Virus record (IMG/VR): IMGVR_UViG_3300045988_091556
Strand: one strand, 5' to 3'
DNA: 47,477 nt
From: a virus
Below are positions 9,479 to 18,653 of the stretch, in pieces. The first letter of the stretch is position 1; every line of letters starts with the position of its first letter. Both the position numbers and the translations under genes were made by a program. Below the pieces are notes generated by a model that saw only the letters and a program-made list of their open reading frames with translations, was not told where the DNA came from and did not search any database.

Positions 9479-9904
9479 ATGAAGAAAATCAGAGTAACCC
9501 GCGGAGGCTGCGGGATCTGCTACACCGACGCTAACGGCGTAAAACGCCATGCACTTAAAACCCCGGAAAACGGGGCTTTTGAGTGCGGCGACGAACAGGC
9601 CGACCGCCTCGTCCGTCTGGGCGTGGCTGCTTATGTCGGATCCGCTGAAAAACCCGCACAGCAGGCAGACGCCAATCTGGATCAGACCGAGGAACCGGAG
9701 CAGACAGTGAAGGGACACCTCAGTGCTGAGGATCTGGAAGGCTGGAGCTATAACGAGCTGAAAAAGCTCGCGGCTGAAATGGGCGTGGAAGTCAAAGGCA
9801 ATAAAAAGGCCGACTATATCGCCGCGATCGCAGCCGAGGAAGTAGAGGCAGGCGCTGAGGACGACGAGCTGCCGCCGGATCTGGACGTAGTGGATCCGGA
9901 GTAA
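9479..9904 (+). CDS. Hypothetical head-module protein with a SAP/Rho-N-like helix-extended-helix motif
   Basis: YNELKKLAAEMGVEVKGNKKADYIAAI motif and an acidic C-terminus. Paralogous to the next ORF. Confidence 0.5.
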   Translation: MKKIRVTRGGCGICYTDANGVKRHALKTPENGAFECGDEQADRLVRLGVAAYVGSAEKPAQQADANLDQTEEPEQTVKGHLSAEDLEGWSYNELKKLAAEMGVEVKGNKKADYIAAIAAEEVEAGAEDDELPPDLDVVDPE

Positions 9905-9914
9905 GGAGGCCGCC

Positions 9915-10217
9915 ATGATAAAAATGATTAAAGGCGCTTACGGCCTGAAAATAAACGGAGTCGTTGAGGCTATGACAAGCCGATCGGCTCCGTTCTCTCT
10001 TGCCGACGCCCGCGAGGCTGAGATTGTAGCTGCTGGCGTTGCGGTATATGTGCAGGAGCCGGACGAGGATCCGGCATACAGCAAAATGAAAATGGCGGAA
10101 CTCCGGGAAGCTGCTGCAGCGTATGGCGTAGACGCCAGCAAGATCCGGAGCAAAAAGGAAGTAATCGCCATGATCGAGGAAGCAAAGGCGAAAGCTGCCG
10201 AAAAGCCGGAGGACTAA
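9915..10217 (+). CDS. Hypothetical protein, paralog of 9479..9904 (SAP/Rho-N-like motif)
   Basis: MAELREAAAAYGVDASKIRSKKEVIAMIEE. The N-terminal ...AAGVAVYV matches ...LGVAAYV of the upstream ORF. Confidence 0.5.
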   Translation: MIKMIKGAYGLKINGVVEAMTSRSAPFSLADAREAEIVAAGVAVYVQEPDEDPAYSKMKMAELREAAAAYGVDASKIRSKKEVIAMIEEAKAKAAEKPED

Positions 10218-10220
10218 CCC

Positions 10221-10538
10221 GTGACTTTCAAGGAGCAGATCCAGCAGGATCTCGACACGGTATTCCTCAATCTGGACGAGTTTGCAGAACTTCGCCGCGT
10301 TGAGGGGAAGCAGATCCCCGTTGTGGTAGATAACGATCAGCTCGTAAAGCTCAAACAGGGGCAGATACTCGGGCTCGTTGAGGCCGACATGCTGCTCATG
10401 GGAAAGCAAGAAGATTTTCCGGCAGACATGGAGCCGGGCAGGCTCCTGAACGTAGACGGCCGGGAAATGATCGTGACAAACTCAGGCACCGACATGGGGC
10501 TCATTGAGGTAGCTCTACGCCAGAACAGAACCGGCTAA
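10221..10538 (+). CDS. Putative head-tail connector or head closure protein
   Basis: GTG start 7 nt after GGAGGA. 105 aa lying between the capsid and sheath genes. Function assigned from position only. Confidence 0.35.
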   Translation: MTFKEQIQQDLDTVFLNLDEFAELRRVEGKQIPVVVDNDQLVKLKQGQILGLVEADMLLMGKQEDFPADMEPGRLLNVDGREMIVTNSGTDMGLIEVALRQNRTG

Positions 10539-10549
10539 GGAGGTGCGCC

Positions 10550-11179
10550 ATGTTACTTGTTGATAGTATCGACAATCTGGTGAACTGGCTCGCGGAAAAT
10601 GTATGCAGCCAGATCCAGCTCAAACTCCCGAACGACTACCAGAACGACACCGACTACGACGTGGAGTTTGTAAACCCGGCCGCCTTCCCCCTATACACTC
10701 CGGGAAAAGACCGCTTGCCGCCAAACGTACCGGCTCCGATCCCTTCGATATGCGCTCAGCTCATGGAAGGGAGCGACGACCTCATAAAGCGGCAGCGCCT
10801 TCTCCAGTTTCGGCTCTGCCTTGCCTGCTGGAACCCCGGAGAACACGGCGGGGAAATATACCGCCCTCGCCCGAACAGCGCAGCGCTCGGCGGGTATTCC
10901 TATTACCGCGTCACGGGGGAAGCTGCAAAGACATACACCCGCAACATGAATGGCTGGAGGGACTCGTTCAACTTCGCCGATCTGGTGCTGCGGGAAATTG
11001 AAAATGCGGAATATATCGCAGGCCACCGGCTCGTGAAGGAGCAAGGGATCAAGTATGGACTTTTTACCGAGGAAGGGAACATCTGGGACTATTACCCGTA
11101 CTGGCATAACTGGATCACCTTCACACTGGAGGCAGGCGTAACCGCCGCAACCCCGAAGCAATATGAAGATTTTTTATGA
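10550..11179 (+). CDS. Putative neck or tail-completion protein
   Basis: Strong RBS, 209 aa, immediately upstream of the sheath gene. Function assigned from position only. Confidence 0.3.
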   Translation: MLLVDSIDNLVNWLAENVCSQIQLKLPNDYQNDTDYDVEFVNPAAFPLYTPGKDRLPPNVPAPIPSICAQLMEGSDDLIKRQRLLQFRLCLACWNPGEHGGEIYRPRPNSAALGGYSYYRVTGEAAKTYTRNMNGWRDSFNFADLVLREIENAEYIAGHRLVKEQGIKYGLFTEEGNIWDYYPYWHNWITFTLEAGVTAATPKQYEDFL

Positions 11180-11194
11180 TAAGGAGGCAAAACT

Positions 11195-12667
11195 ATGGCT
11201 TATAAGCATGGAGCCTACGGCGAAATCGGCGACAGCAAAGTGGCAAGCACTACGCAGGCCGACGTCGTAGCCGCCTATATCGGCACCGCACCGGTAAACC
11301 TGATCCGGGGCTATGCCGACATGGATCTCGTCAATATGCCGATCAAGCTCACCGACATGGGCGACGCCCAGAGCAAGCTCGGCTATGCACAGAACTGGGC
11401 CGACTTCACACTCTGCGAAGCCTTCGCCCAGCACTTTGACAATACCGTCGGGAATGTGGGCCCGATCTACGTCGTGAACGTCCTCGATCCGGACGTACAC
11501 AAAGACGCGGAAAAAACCACCAAAACGCTGACCTTCAAGAATAACCGGACGGAGTTTGAAAGCTCCGACATTATTCTGGACACCTTCGCGATCGCCGATA
11601 AGGCCGAAGGCGTGGACTATTCCCTCGGCTACAACTTCACAAAGGGCACCGTCGTGGTGCAGCTGCTCAAAGATCTGGAGTCCGACAGTCTGGAGTGTAC
11701 CTACAACACCGTGGACGCCTCAGCGGTAGAGTCTGACGACATTATCGGGCAGGAAACAGCAGACGGGCAATACACCGGCCTGCACGCCATGTCTCTGCTC
11801 TATCAGTACCACAATGCCGTCCTCAATATTCTGGCAGCACCCGGCTGGAGCCATATCCCGGAAGTTTATAAGGCTATGGTGAGCACCGTCCAGAAGCTCA
11901 ACGGCCACTGGGACGGCTTCGTAAATGCCGACATTCCTCTGGTAGACAGCGAGAGCCAGAAGATCGACACGATCGCAAAGGCTCAGAAGTGGGCCGAAGA
12001 TAACGGCTACAACAGTGAACGCAGCAAGGTATACTGGCCGCAGGCAATAGATGGAAGCGGGCGCGTGTTCCATATCTCGTCTATTGCAACCGCTACCATG
12101 CTGCGCGTGGATCTGGAGAACGACGGCGTACCTTTTGAGTCTCCGTCTAACAAGGCGATCATGGCAACCGCTCAGTATTTTGGAGCAGACTCCAAGAGCC
12201 GTGGCTTCGATCAGCAGACCGCCAACAGCCTAAACGAAAAAGGCATTGCGACCATCTGCTTTTGGGCTGGACAGTGGGTGCTCTGGGGCCCGCACACGGC
12301 GGCCTACACCTACAACGGCAGCATGGACGCTCGCGCTATCTTCGACAGCAATATCCGTATGCTTATGCACATCACGAACAGCTTCCAGCTGGATCATGGA
12401 ACGGAGATCGACTCCCCCATGACTCCGCAGGACAAGGACACGATCCTGAACTTCGAGAAGCAGAAGCTCGACACCCTTCTGGGGATCGGCGCTCTGATCG
12501 GTACGCCTACGGTGGAGTTTTTGGAGAGTGCAAACCCGACCAGCGACATGATGAACGGCGACTTTGTGTGGGATATTTCCGCAACGCCTACGCCGCCCTT
12601 TAAGTCTGGCACTGCTCGCGTGTGCTACACAGATGAAGGCTTCCAGTCCTTCTTTGAGTCTGAATAA
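11195..12667 (+). CDS. Contractile tail sheath protein
   Basis: N-terminal MAYKHGAYGEIGDS...AAYIGTAPVN is typical of P2 FI / PBSX XkdK sheaths. 490 aa, followed by the tube gene. Confidence 0.85.
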   Translation: MAYKHGAYGEIGDSKVASTTQADVVAAYIGTAPVNLIRGYADMDLVNMPIKLTDMGDAQSKLGYAQNWADFTLCEAFAQHFDNTVGNVGPIYVVNVLDPDVHKDAEKTTKTLTFKNNRTEFESSDIILDTFAIADKAEGVDYSLGYNFTKGTVVVQLLKDLESDSLECTYNTVDASAVESDDIIGQETADGQYTGLHAMSLLYQYHNAVLNILAAPGWSHIPEVYKAMVSTVQKLNGHWDGFVNADIPLVDSESQKIDTIAKAQKWAEDNGYNSERSKVYWPQAIDGSGRVFHISSIATATMLRVDLENDGVPFESPSNKAIMATAQYFGADSKSRGFDQQTANSLNEKGIATICFWAGQWVLWGPHTAAYTYNGSMDARAIFDSNIRMLMHITNSFQLDHGTEIDSPMTPQDKDTILNFEKQKLDTLLGIGALIGTPTVEFLESANPTSDMMNGDFVWDISATPTPPFKSGTARVCYTDEGFQSFFESE

Positions 12668-12681
12668 GGAGGTGCAGAAAA

Positions 12682-13191
12682 ATGGGAAAATGGATGGATC
12701 TCAAGGGCCCCGTGGTGGCCGATACCGTTTACTCCGACAACACGCTGGTGGCTAAGGACGTATCGTTCACCCTTCCGGGCCTTGAATTTATGACCGCTGA
12801 CGTCATGGCTATGGGTAACATGACCGTGCCGCTCGTGGGCCTTCTGGAAAACATGGAGCTCACGATCACCAAGATCGGCGTGGACATGGGCCTCAGCCGT
12901 CTGGGGCGTCTGGAAAAGCAGAACCTTGAGTTTCGCTGGGTGCAGAACGTCGTCAAGTCTGACGGCTCTCAGGGGACTGAGGGCTGCAAGGCTTTTGTCC
13001 GTGTTATGCCTGCGGCGCTTCCTGAGCTGGGCGTCGAAATCGGATCCGCAACCGAAGCCGAAGGCACTTACACCGTTACCCGTATGCAGATCTACGCAAA
13101 CGGCGCGGAATACATGTGCGTGGACAGACTGAGCCAGATCCTCCGTGTCAACGGCAAGGACTACATGAGCCAGATCAACAACCTGCTCTAA
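12682..13191 (+). CDS. Tail tube protein (P2 FII-like)
   Basis: 169 aa directly after the sheath gene. DVSFTLPGLEFMTADVMAMGNMTVPLVG resembles the Phage_tube family. Confidence 0.75.
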   Translation: MGKWMDLKGPVVADTVYSDNTLVAKDVSFTLPGLEFMTADVMAMGNMTVPLVGLLENMELTITKIGVDMGLSRLGRLEKQNLEFRWVQNVVKSDGSQGTEGCKAFVRVMPAALPELGVEIGSATEAEGTYTVTRMQIYANGAEYMCVDRLSQILRVNGKDYMSQINNLL

Positions 13192-13212
13192 ATATGAATA
13201 TCTGAATGAACG

Positions 13213-13247
13213 GCCCGCCGGACTTCCCTCTGGCGGGCTTATTTTGC
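13213..13247 (+). terminator. Hairpin plus T-rich tail after the tube gene (terminator or attenuator)
   Basis: gcccgcc (13213-19) pairs with ggcgggc (13232-38), followed by ttatttt. Confidence 0.5.
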
Positions 13248-13262
13248 GAAAGGAGCCAAAAC

Positions 13263-13700
13263 ATGAAAGAAGTAACCAAGAACCCGATCAAGGGCACGCT
13301 GCGCCTGAAAAATCCGATCATGATTAACGGGAACGAAATCACCGAAGTGACCTACGACTCGAACGAGATCGACGGGATCCTTTTTGCGACGGCCGAGTCG
13401 AAAAGGAAGGCGGCAGCAGTAGGCCGAAAAGATATTTCTATCGCCCCGGCGGCTGAATTTGATTTTAGTCTCCACCTTTACCTCGGCTTCGCCGCCATTG
13501 TGGCTGTGAACCCCTCTTATGATTTTTCTGATCTTGAAAGGATTAAGGGCCACGACGTTGTGGAGGTTATGACGATCGGCCGAAATTTTATGCTCGCGTC
13601 GGGGGAGAAAACACAAACGGGCGACGACTCCGGCGAGCCTACCGAGACTACGCCAGAGTCTACCACACCAGCACGTCCGACCTCGAAAAAAAGCGAGTAA
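13263..13700 (+). CDS. Tail assembly chaperone (P2 gpE / XkdN-like), short form
   Basis: ATG at 13263 follows AAAGGAG. Lies between the tube and tape-measure genes. Ends just after an A7 run. Confidence 0.7.
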   Translation: MKEVTKNPIKGTLRLKNPIMINGNEITEVTYDSNEIDGILFATAESKRKAAAVGRKDISIAPAAEFDFSLHLYLGFAAIVAVNPSYDFSDLERIKGHDVVEVMTIGRNFMLASGEKTQTGDDSGEPTETTPESTTPARPTSKKSE

Positions 13701-13813
13701 CGGACTTTATTCTTGAATATGCAGAAGCGGCCGAGGATCTCGCGGAAGAAAGAAAACGCATGGAGAAGAACCGGCCGCACTTCAAGCCCAAACATGTAAG
13801 GAAACGGAGGTGA
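13263..13813 (+). CDS. Tail assembly chaperone, predicted -1 frameshift-extended isoform (gpE+E'-like)
   Basis: The -1 frame entered at the A7 run (13686-13692) stays open for 40 codons (KRVTDFILEYAEAAEDLAEERKRMEKNRPHFKPKHVRKRR). It stops at 13811-13813, 4 nt before the tape-measure ATG. Confidence 0.5.
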
Positions 13814-13817
13814 GGAC

Positions 13818-16800
13818 ATGGCGGGCAAGACCTTACAATCTACGATCGAGATCGCCGGTTCCCTCAGCCCGTCTTTACAGCAGGCTATAAAGCAGGCAGT
13901 TGACCGGCTCGAAGAAATGAGTCAGGAGACGCTGGAGTCTGCCGGAGCTGCCGCTAAACTGGCAGCGGAAATCAATACACAGGAGTCTGTACTGAGAAAC
14001 CTCCAGCGAGGGTACGAAGATTATATCGTGAGCGGATCCGAAAGCACCGACGAGGCTCTAAGGCTTGCCGACACCATTCAGGATCTGTCCAACGAACTGA
14101 ACGAAAACCGGGGAGCACTCGAAGCAGCCCACGAGGCAGCCCAAAAGCTCGCTGGAGGCCAGCAGGAAACCGCCGACGCATACAGCAAGCTGCAAAAACA
14201 GATCGGCGAACAGGAAGCGGAGCTTGCGACTCTGCGCCGCTCCTATGCCAACGTAGCGCTTGAACAGGGCGAAACCTCGGCCGAAGCGCGGCAGCTGGCA
14301 AGCCAGATCAGCCAACTTTCCGGCGATCTGAACGAGAACCGGCAGAGGCTAAGTGCTGCCGAACAGGCAGCGGATCAACTGGGCAACTCTCTGGAGGACG
14401 CCGGGCAGGACGCGGAAAGCTCCAGCGAAGGCTACACAGTGCTGAAAAATGTCCTTGCCAACCTTGTGACCGAGGGGATCAATAAAGCGGTGGACGCTTT
14501 CAAGGAGCTGGCGACGGAGGGAGACACCTCTCTCGCTATGCTAAGCGCCAGAACAGGAGCCACCGCGCAAGAACTCGAAGGCTTCGAGGACGTCATGTAC
14601 GAGGTTTACAACTCCAACTATGGCGACAGCCTCGGAGACGTTTCGGAAAAACTCTCCACCGTCATTCAAATGACCGACAATCTGGACAAGGCTTCGCTGG
14701 CTCAGATAACCAAAAACGCGATCGCGCTGGAGGATGTGTTCGGCTTCGATGTAGTGGAAAGCCTGAGGGCTGCGAACAGCCTCACGGATCAGTTTGGCAT
14801 AAGCGCAGAGGAAGCGTTTAACCTTATCGTGCAAGGGGCACAAAAAGGGCTGAACCAAAACGACGACCTTCTGGACACGATCAACGAGTACAGCGTCCAG
14901 TTTCGGAACGCCGGATATTCTGCCGACGACATGTTCAACATGCTGGCAAACGGAGCCGAGACTGGAACATGGAGCATTGACAAGCTGGGCGACGCAGTAA
15001 AAGAGTTTAACATACGAATGAGCGACGGCACAGCAAACGAGTACCTCGAACAGCTCGGCCTTAATACCGAGGAAGTAATCGCTCAATTCAACAAGGGCGG
15101 GCCAGAGGCTCAGGCTGCGATCGGCGACATTATGGAGGCTCTGCAAGAGTGCGACGACGCGACGCTGCAATATCAGGCAGGCGTCGGCCTGTTTGGCACT
15201 ATGTGGGAGGATCTGGGGGTTGACACCGTGGCGTCCCTTATGGACACACAGGGCGCGATCCAGAGCACTTCCGACGCCATGGCACAACTGGACAGCGCCG
15301 CCTATGATACGCTGGAGAGCTCACTCTCCCAGCTGGGGCGCACAATCAAGTCCGAAGTGGTGCAGCCGGTAGCCGAAGAACTCACTCCCGCCATGAAAGA
15401 GGCCGTGGACTATGTGAACGCAAATGTAGCCCCGGCGGTGGACTGGGTATCGTCTCACCTTCCTGAGATCGGCCTTGCGTTGGGAACGCTCAGCGCCGTT
15501 TTGGTGGCTATGAACTGGGGCTCTCTCGTGGCGCAGTTTGGAAAAATAAAGGGAGCGATCACCGGATTTACGACCGCCCTCGGCGCAGTCTCCGGGCCTG
15601 TCATGGCCGTGATCGCAATCGTGGCCGCGCTGGCTGCCGGTTTTATGTATCTATGGCAGACAAACGAGGACTTCCGGGCTAATGTGACAGCAATCTGGGC
15701 CGAGCTGCAAGCCAGCTTTTCGGAGCTCGGAGCCGGAATCATGCAAATGATTAACCAGCTTATGCCGCTGATCCAACAGACTGCGGCGACCGTTCTCTCT
15801 GCCTTCGCACAAATTGCCTCGGCAGTGATCCCGGTGCTGGTGGAGCTGATCGGCGCTATTCTGCCGGTTATTATTGACCTTATAAACCAAATGCTCCCGA
15901 TCCTGACGCAGATCGTCCAGACAGTGCTCACTACGCTGATAGACCTAATCAACCAGCTGCTCCCGGTGATAATGCAGATCATTCAGGCAGTCTTGCCGGT
16001 GCTGGTGGAGTTTATCAACGCACTGCTCCCTGTTTTAATGCAGATCGTTCAGGCGATCCTTCCGGTGTTTGTGCAGCTTATCAGCGCGCTGCTCCCGATC
16101 CTCTCGCAGATTGTGACCGCGATCATGCCCGTGATTATTCAGCTGCTTAATACCATTCTGCCGATTATTATGCAGATTATTCAGGCGGTGCTTCCAATCC
16201 TGATCCAGATCCTCAACATGCTGACACCGATCCTGAATATGATCGTGTCGCTGCTGACGCCGATCCTGAACCTCATTATTTCACTGGTGGAGCCAATCCT
16301 GAACCTCATCATGTCAGCGATCACGCCGCTGATTAACATTTTTATGTCACTCATTAACACGGTGCTGCAGCCAATCATGCCGATCTTGCAAGCGCTGGCG
16401 AACATTTTCACCGCCGTGCTGGGGGCTGCCATTCAGGCGATCCAGCCGATCGTGCAAAGCCTGATCTCTATCTTCCAAGGGCTGATTAACTTTATAACCG
16501 GCGTTTTCTCTGGAAGCTGGAGCTCAGCATGGAGCGGAGTCGTTCAGGTTTTCGGCGGCCTTTGGGACGGCCTCGTGGGGCTGGTGAAGGCACCGATCAA
16601 CGCCGTGATCGGCCTCGTGAACAGCGCGATCAACGCGCTGAACGGTATCAGCGTAACGATCCCGGACTGGGTACCGGCCGTAGGCGGTAAAACCTTCGGG
16701 ATCAATATCCCGAACATTCCAATGCTTGCAACCGGCGGCTTTACCGACGGCGTATCAATCGCAGGCGAGGAAGGCATGGAGGCGGTAATCTCGTTCGATC

Positions 16801-17132
16801 CGGCCTACCGGGATCAAAATATTGCTATCTGGCAGAAAGCCGGGCAGCTGCTCGGAACCCTCGGATCTTCTTCTGGGGAAAACGCGGGGCTCACGAACAC
16901 CGCCGGGAAACTGCTCGCTCTGGACGACTTCTCTCTGGGAAGCCTCGCCAACAACACGAGCACCGTCATTTACTACGATTTTTCCGGCTTCACATGGAGC
17001 CCGCAGATCCAGACGGAAGGATCCGGCGAGGACGCCGACGACTTCATGGCCCGCCTCAAAGCGCACGAGGCAGAGTTTTTCGACTGGCTGGAGGAATTTA
17101 TTCAGGCAAGGGAGGTGGCGCTTTATGCGTAG
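13818..17132 (+). CDS. Tail tape measure protein
   Basis: 1104 aa. Coiled-coil N-terminus, a long hydrophobic array with 11-residue periodicity, and the expected position after the chaperone. Confidence 0.9.
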   Translation: MAGKTLQSTIEIAGSLSPSLQQAIKQAVDRLEEMSQETLESAGAAAKLAAEINTQESVLRNLQRGYEDYIVSGSESTDEALRLADTIQDLSNELNENRGALEAAHEAAQKLAGGQQETADAYSKLQKQIGEQEAELATLRRSYANVALEQGETSAEARQLASQISQLSGDLNENRQRLSAAEQAADQLGNSLEDAGQDAESSSEGYTVLKNVLANLVTEGINKAVDAFKELATEGDTSLAMLSARTGATAQELEGFEDVMYEVYNSNYGDSLGDVSEKLSTVIQMTDNLDKASLAQITKNAIALEDVFGFDVVESLRAANSLTDQFGISAEEAFNLIVQGAQKGLNQNDDLLDTINEYSVQFRNAGYSADDMFNMLANGAETGTWSIDKLGDAVKEFNIRMSDGTANEYLEQLGLNTEEVIAQFNKGGPEAQAAIGDIMEALQECDDATLQYQAGVGLFGTMWEDLGVDTVASLMDTQGAIQSTSDAMAQLDSAAYDTLESSLSQLGRTIKSEVVQPVAEELTPAMKEAVDYVNANVAPAVDWVSSHLPEIGLALGTLSAVLVAMNWGSLVAQFGKIKGAITGFTTALGAVSGPVMAVIAIVAALAAGFMYLWQTNEDFRANVTAIWAELQASFSELGAGIMQMINQLMPLIQQTAATVLSAFAQIASAVIPVLVELIGAILPVIIDLINQMLPILTQIVQTVLTTLIDLINQLLPVIMQIIQAVLPVLVEFINALLPVLMQIVQAILPVFVQLISALLPILSQIVTAIMPVIIQLLNTILPIIMQIIQAVLPILIQILNMLTPILNMIVSLLTPILNLIISLVEPILNLIMSAITPLINIFMSLINTVLQPIMPILQALANIFTAVLGAAIQAIQPIVQSLISIFQGLINFITGVFSGSWSSAWSGVVQVFGGLWDGLVGLVKAPINAVIGLVNSAINALNGISVTIPDWVPAVGGKTFGINIPNIPMLATGGFTDGVSIAGEEGMEAVISFDPAYRDQNIAIWQKAGQLLGTLGSSSGENAGLTNTAGKLLALDDFSLGSLANNTSTVIYYDFSGFTWSPQIQTEGSGEDADDFMARLKAHEAEFFDWLEEFIQAREVALYA

Positions 17133-17376
17133 GGTAACGGGCTATCTGGAATACGTCACGCGGGAGGGCGACACCTTCGACTCTCTCGCGCTGCAAATGT
17201 ATAACGAGGAAACCCTCGCCCATTACATTATTGAATTTAACCCCGACTATGCGGACGTTCTGATCTTCGAGGCGAACGTGGCCCTCCGGCTGCCGATCGT
17301 CGAGGACGCAGAGACGCCGGAAACTCTGCCGCCGTGGCGTCGGGGCGAAGAAATCCCGGAGCTGGACGCTTCGTGA
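17125..17376 (+). CDS. LysM-like tail protein (P2 gpX / XkdP-like)
   Basis: ATG at 17125 follows GGGAGGTGG and overlaps the tape-measure stop. YVTREGDTFDSLALQMYNEETLAHYIIEFNP is a LysM-type motif. Confidence 0.65.
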   Translation: MRRVTGYLEYVTREGDTFDSLALQMYNEETLAHYIIEFNPDYADVLIFEANVALRLPIVEDAETPETLPPWRRGEEIPELDAS

Positions 17377-18290
17377 ATTTCTACTACAACGGGACGGATA
17401 TATACAACGACGTGTCGGTGAACTACTGCGTGCATGAAATGTTCGCGGAAAAGCAGGCCGACACGCTCGTGATCCGTTTCAATGACACCAAGGGAATATG
17501 GAGCAAATGGCAACCGGCAGCCGGTGACACGGTGCGCTTCAAAGAAGGCGCAAGCGACACCGGGAAAATGTTCATACACTCCATGAAACCGGAAAACGGG
17601 CTTTTTACGATCCGAGCCATGTCCATGCCGAAAACGGCAAAGATCCGGAAATCAAAGAGCTGGGAGGGCGTGCGCTTCCTTCAACTGGCAAATGAATTTG
17701 CCGGGAACCACGGCCTCACTTTCAAGAACTACGGGTGCGACGATCAGGTTTACCCGTATATCAAACAAGACAATGAGGGGGATTTTTCCCTATTTTCTCG
17801 TCTTTGTATGCTGGAGGGCTGTCAAATGCTTATTTTTGACGGCTCTCTGCTCGCGTATAACGAGCACTACATTGAGCAGCAGGAACCCGCGGGCAGCCTC
17901 ACGGTGGACGAAAACGGCGTCTTTACCTACGAGGACAACCGCGACACCATGTTCGGCTCTTGCGAGGTGGCAAGCGGGAGCTACTCCGGCAAATATGTGG
18001 CAGACGCTTCAAACAGCGCCGTGCTGCGCCCGGAGATCCCGATCCAAGTCACCAGTAACGCAGAGGCGGCCCGTTTTGCCAAGGGACTGCTCCGAAACGT
18101 CAACAAATACGGACGAAAGGGGCAGTTTTCCAAGGCTTTAATGACCGGGTACGCAGCCGCCAGCCTGCTGACTCTAAAAACGACGAAGGCAAGCATGTGG
18201 GACGGCACTGTCTTTGTGTATAAAGTCCGGCATGACTTCGTAGGAAATAAGTCAACCGTTTATTTCAGGGATCTGCTGGAGGGCTACTAA
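17373..18290 (+). CDS. Tail/baseplate hub protein (P2 gpD / XkdQ-like)
   Basis: GTGA start-stop overlap with the upstream gene. About 305 aa, in the syntenic position after the LysM protein. The start is uncertain (ORF track gives 17334). Confidence 0.5.
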   Translation: MNFYYNGTDIYNDVSVNYCVHEMFAEKQADTLVIRFNDTKGIWSKWQPAAGDTVRFKEGASDTGKMFIHSMKPENGLFTIRAMSMPKTAKIRKSKSWEGVRFLQLANEFAGNHGLTFKNYGCDDQVYPYIKQDNEGDFSLFSRLCMLEGCQMLIFDGSLLAYNEHYIEQQEPAGSLTVDENGVFTYEDNRDTMFGSCEVASGSYSGKYVADASNSAVLRPEIPIQVTSNAEAARFAKGLLRNVNKYGRKGQFSKALMTGYAAASLLTLKTTKASMWDGTVFVYKVRHDFVGNKSTVYFRDLLEGY

Positions 18291-18641
18291 ATGGGGAACA
18301 TCTACAAGGGAACAATCGCCGGGATCGAGGGGAACACCGCCCGCGTGCTTCCCTCCGACGCCGGGGCCAAACCGACCGCCAAGATCGTGATCCCGTGGCA
18401 CCTCAGAGGAAGCACAGGGAACCTCACAAAAGGCACGCCGGTGGTATATGTCGAATTTGACGACGCCAGCGGGCTGCTGCTCGGCCGGGCCGACGGCGAG
18501 TGGGGCGCTTACCTTCCCGGACTGACGGCCGGATCCATATCCGTGCCAGAGGGAGACGTGAACGCCAGCGGCGTGAGCTTATCCGGGCACAGGCATGGAG
18601 GCGTAGAACCCGGCAGCGGCACCACCGGCAGGCCGACATAA
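18291..18641 (+). CDS. Small baseplate spike or gpV-like protein (XkdR-like)
   Basis: 116 aa. GTIAGIEGNTARVLP...GTPVVYVEF reads as an OB-fold-like plug. Assigned from synteny. Confidence 0.45.
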   Translation: MGNIYKGTIAGIEGNTARVLPSDAGAKPTAKIVIPWHLRGSTGNLTKGTPVVYVEFDDASGLLLGRADGEWGAYLPGLTAGSISVPEGDVNASGVSLSGHRHGGVEPGSGTTGRPT

Positions 18642-18653
18642 GGAGGGGCCAAT

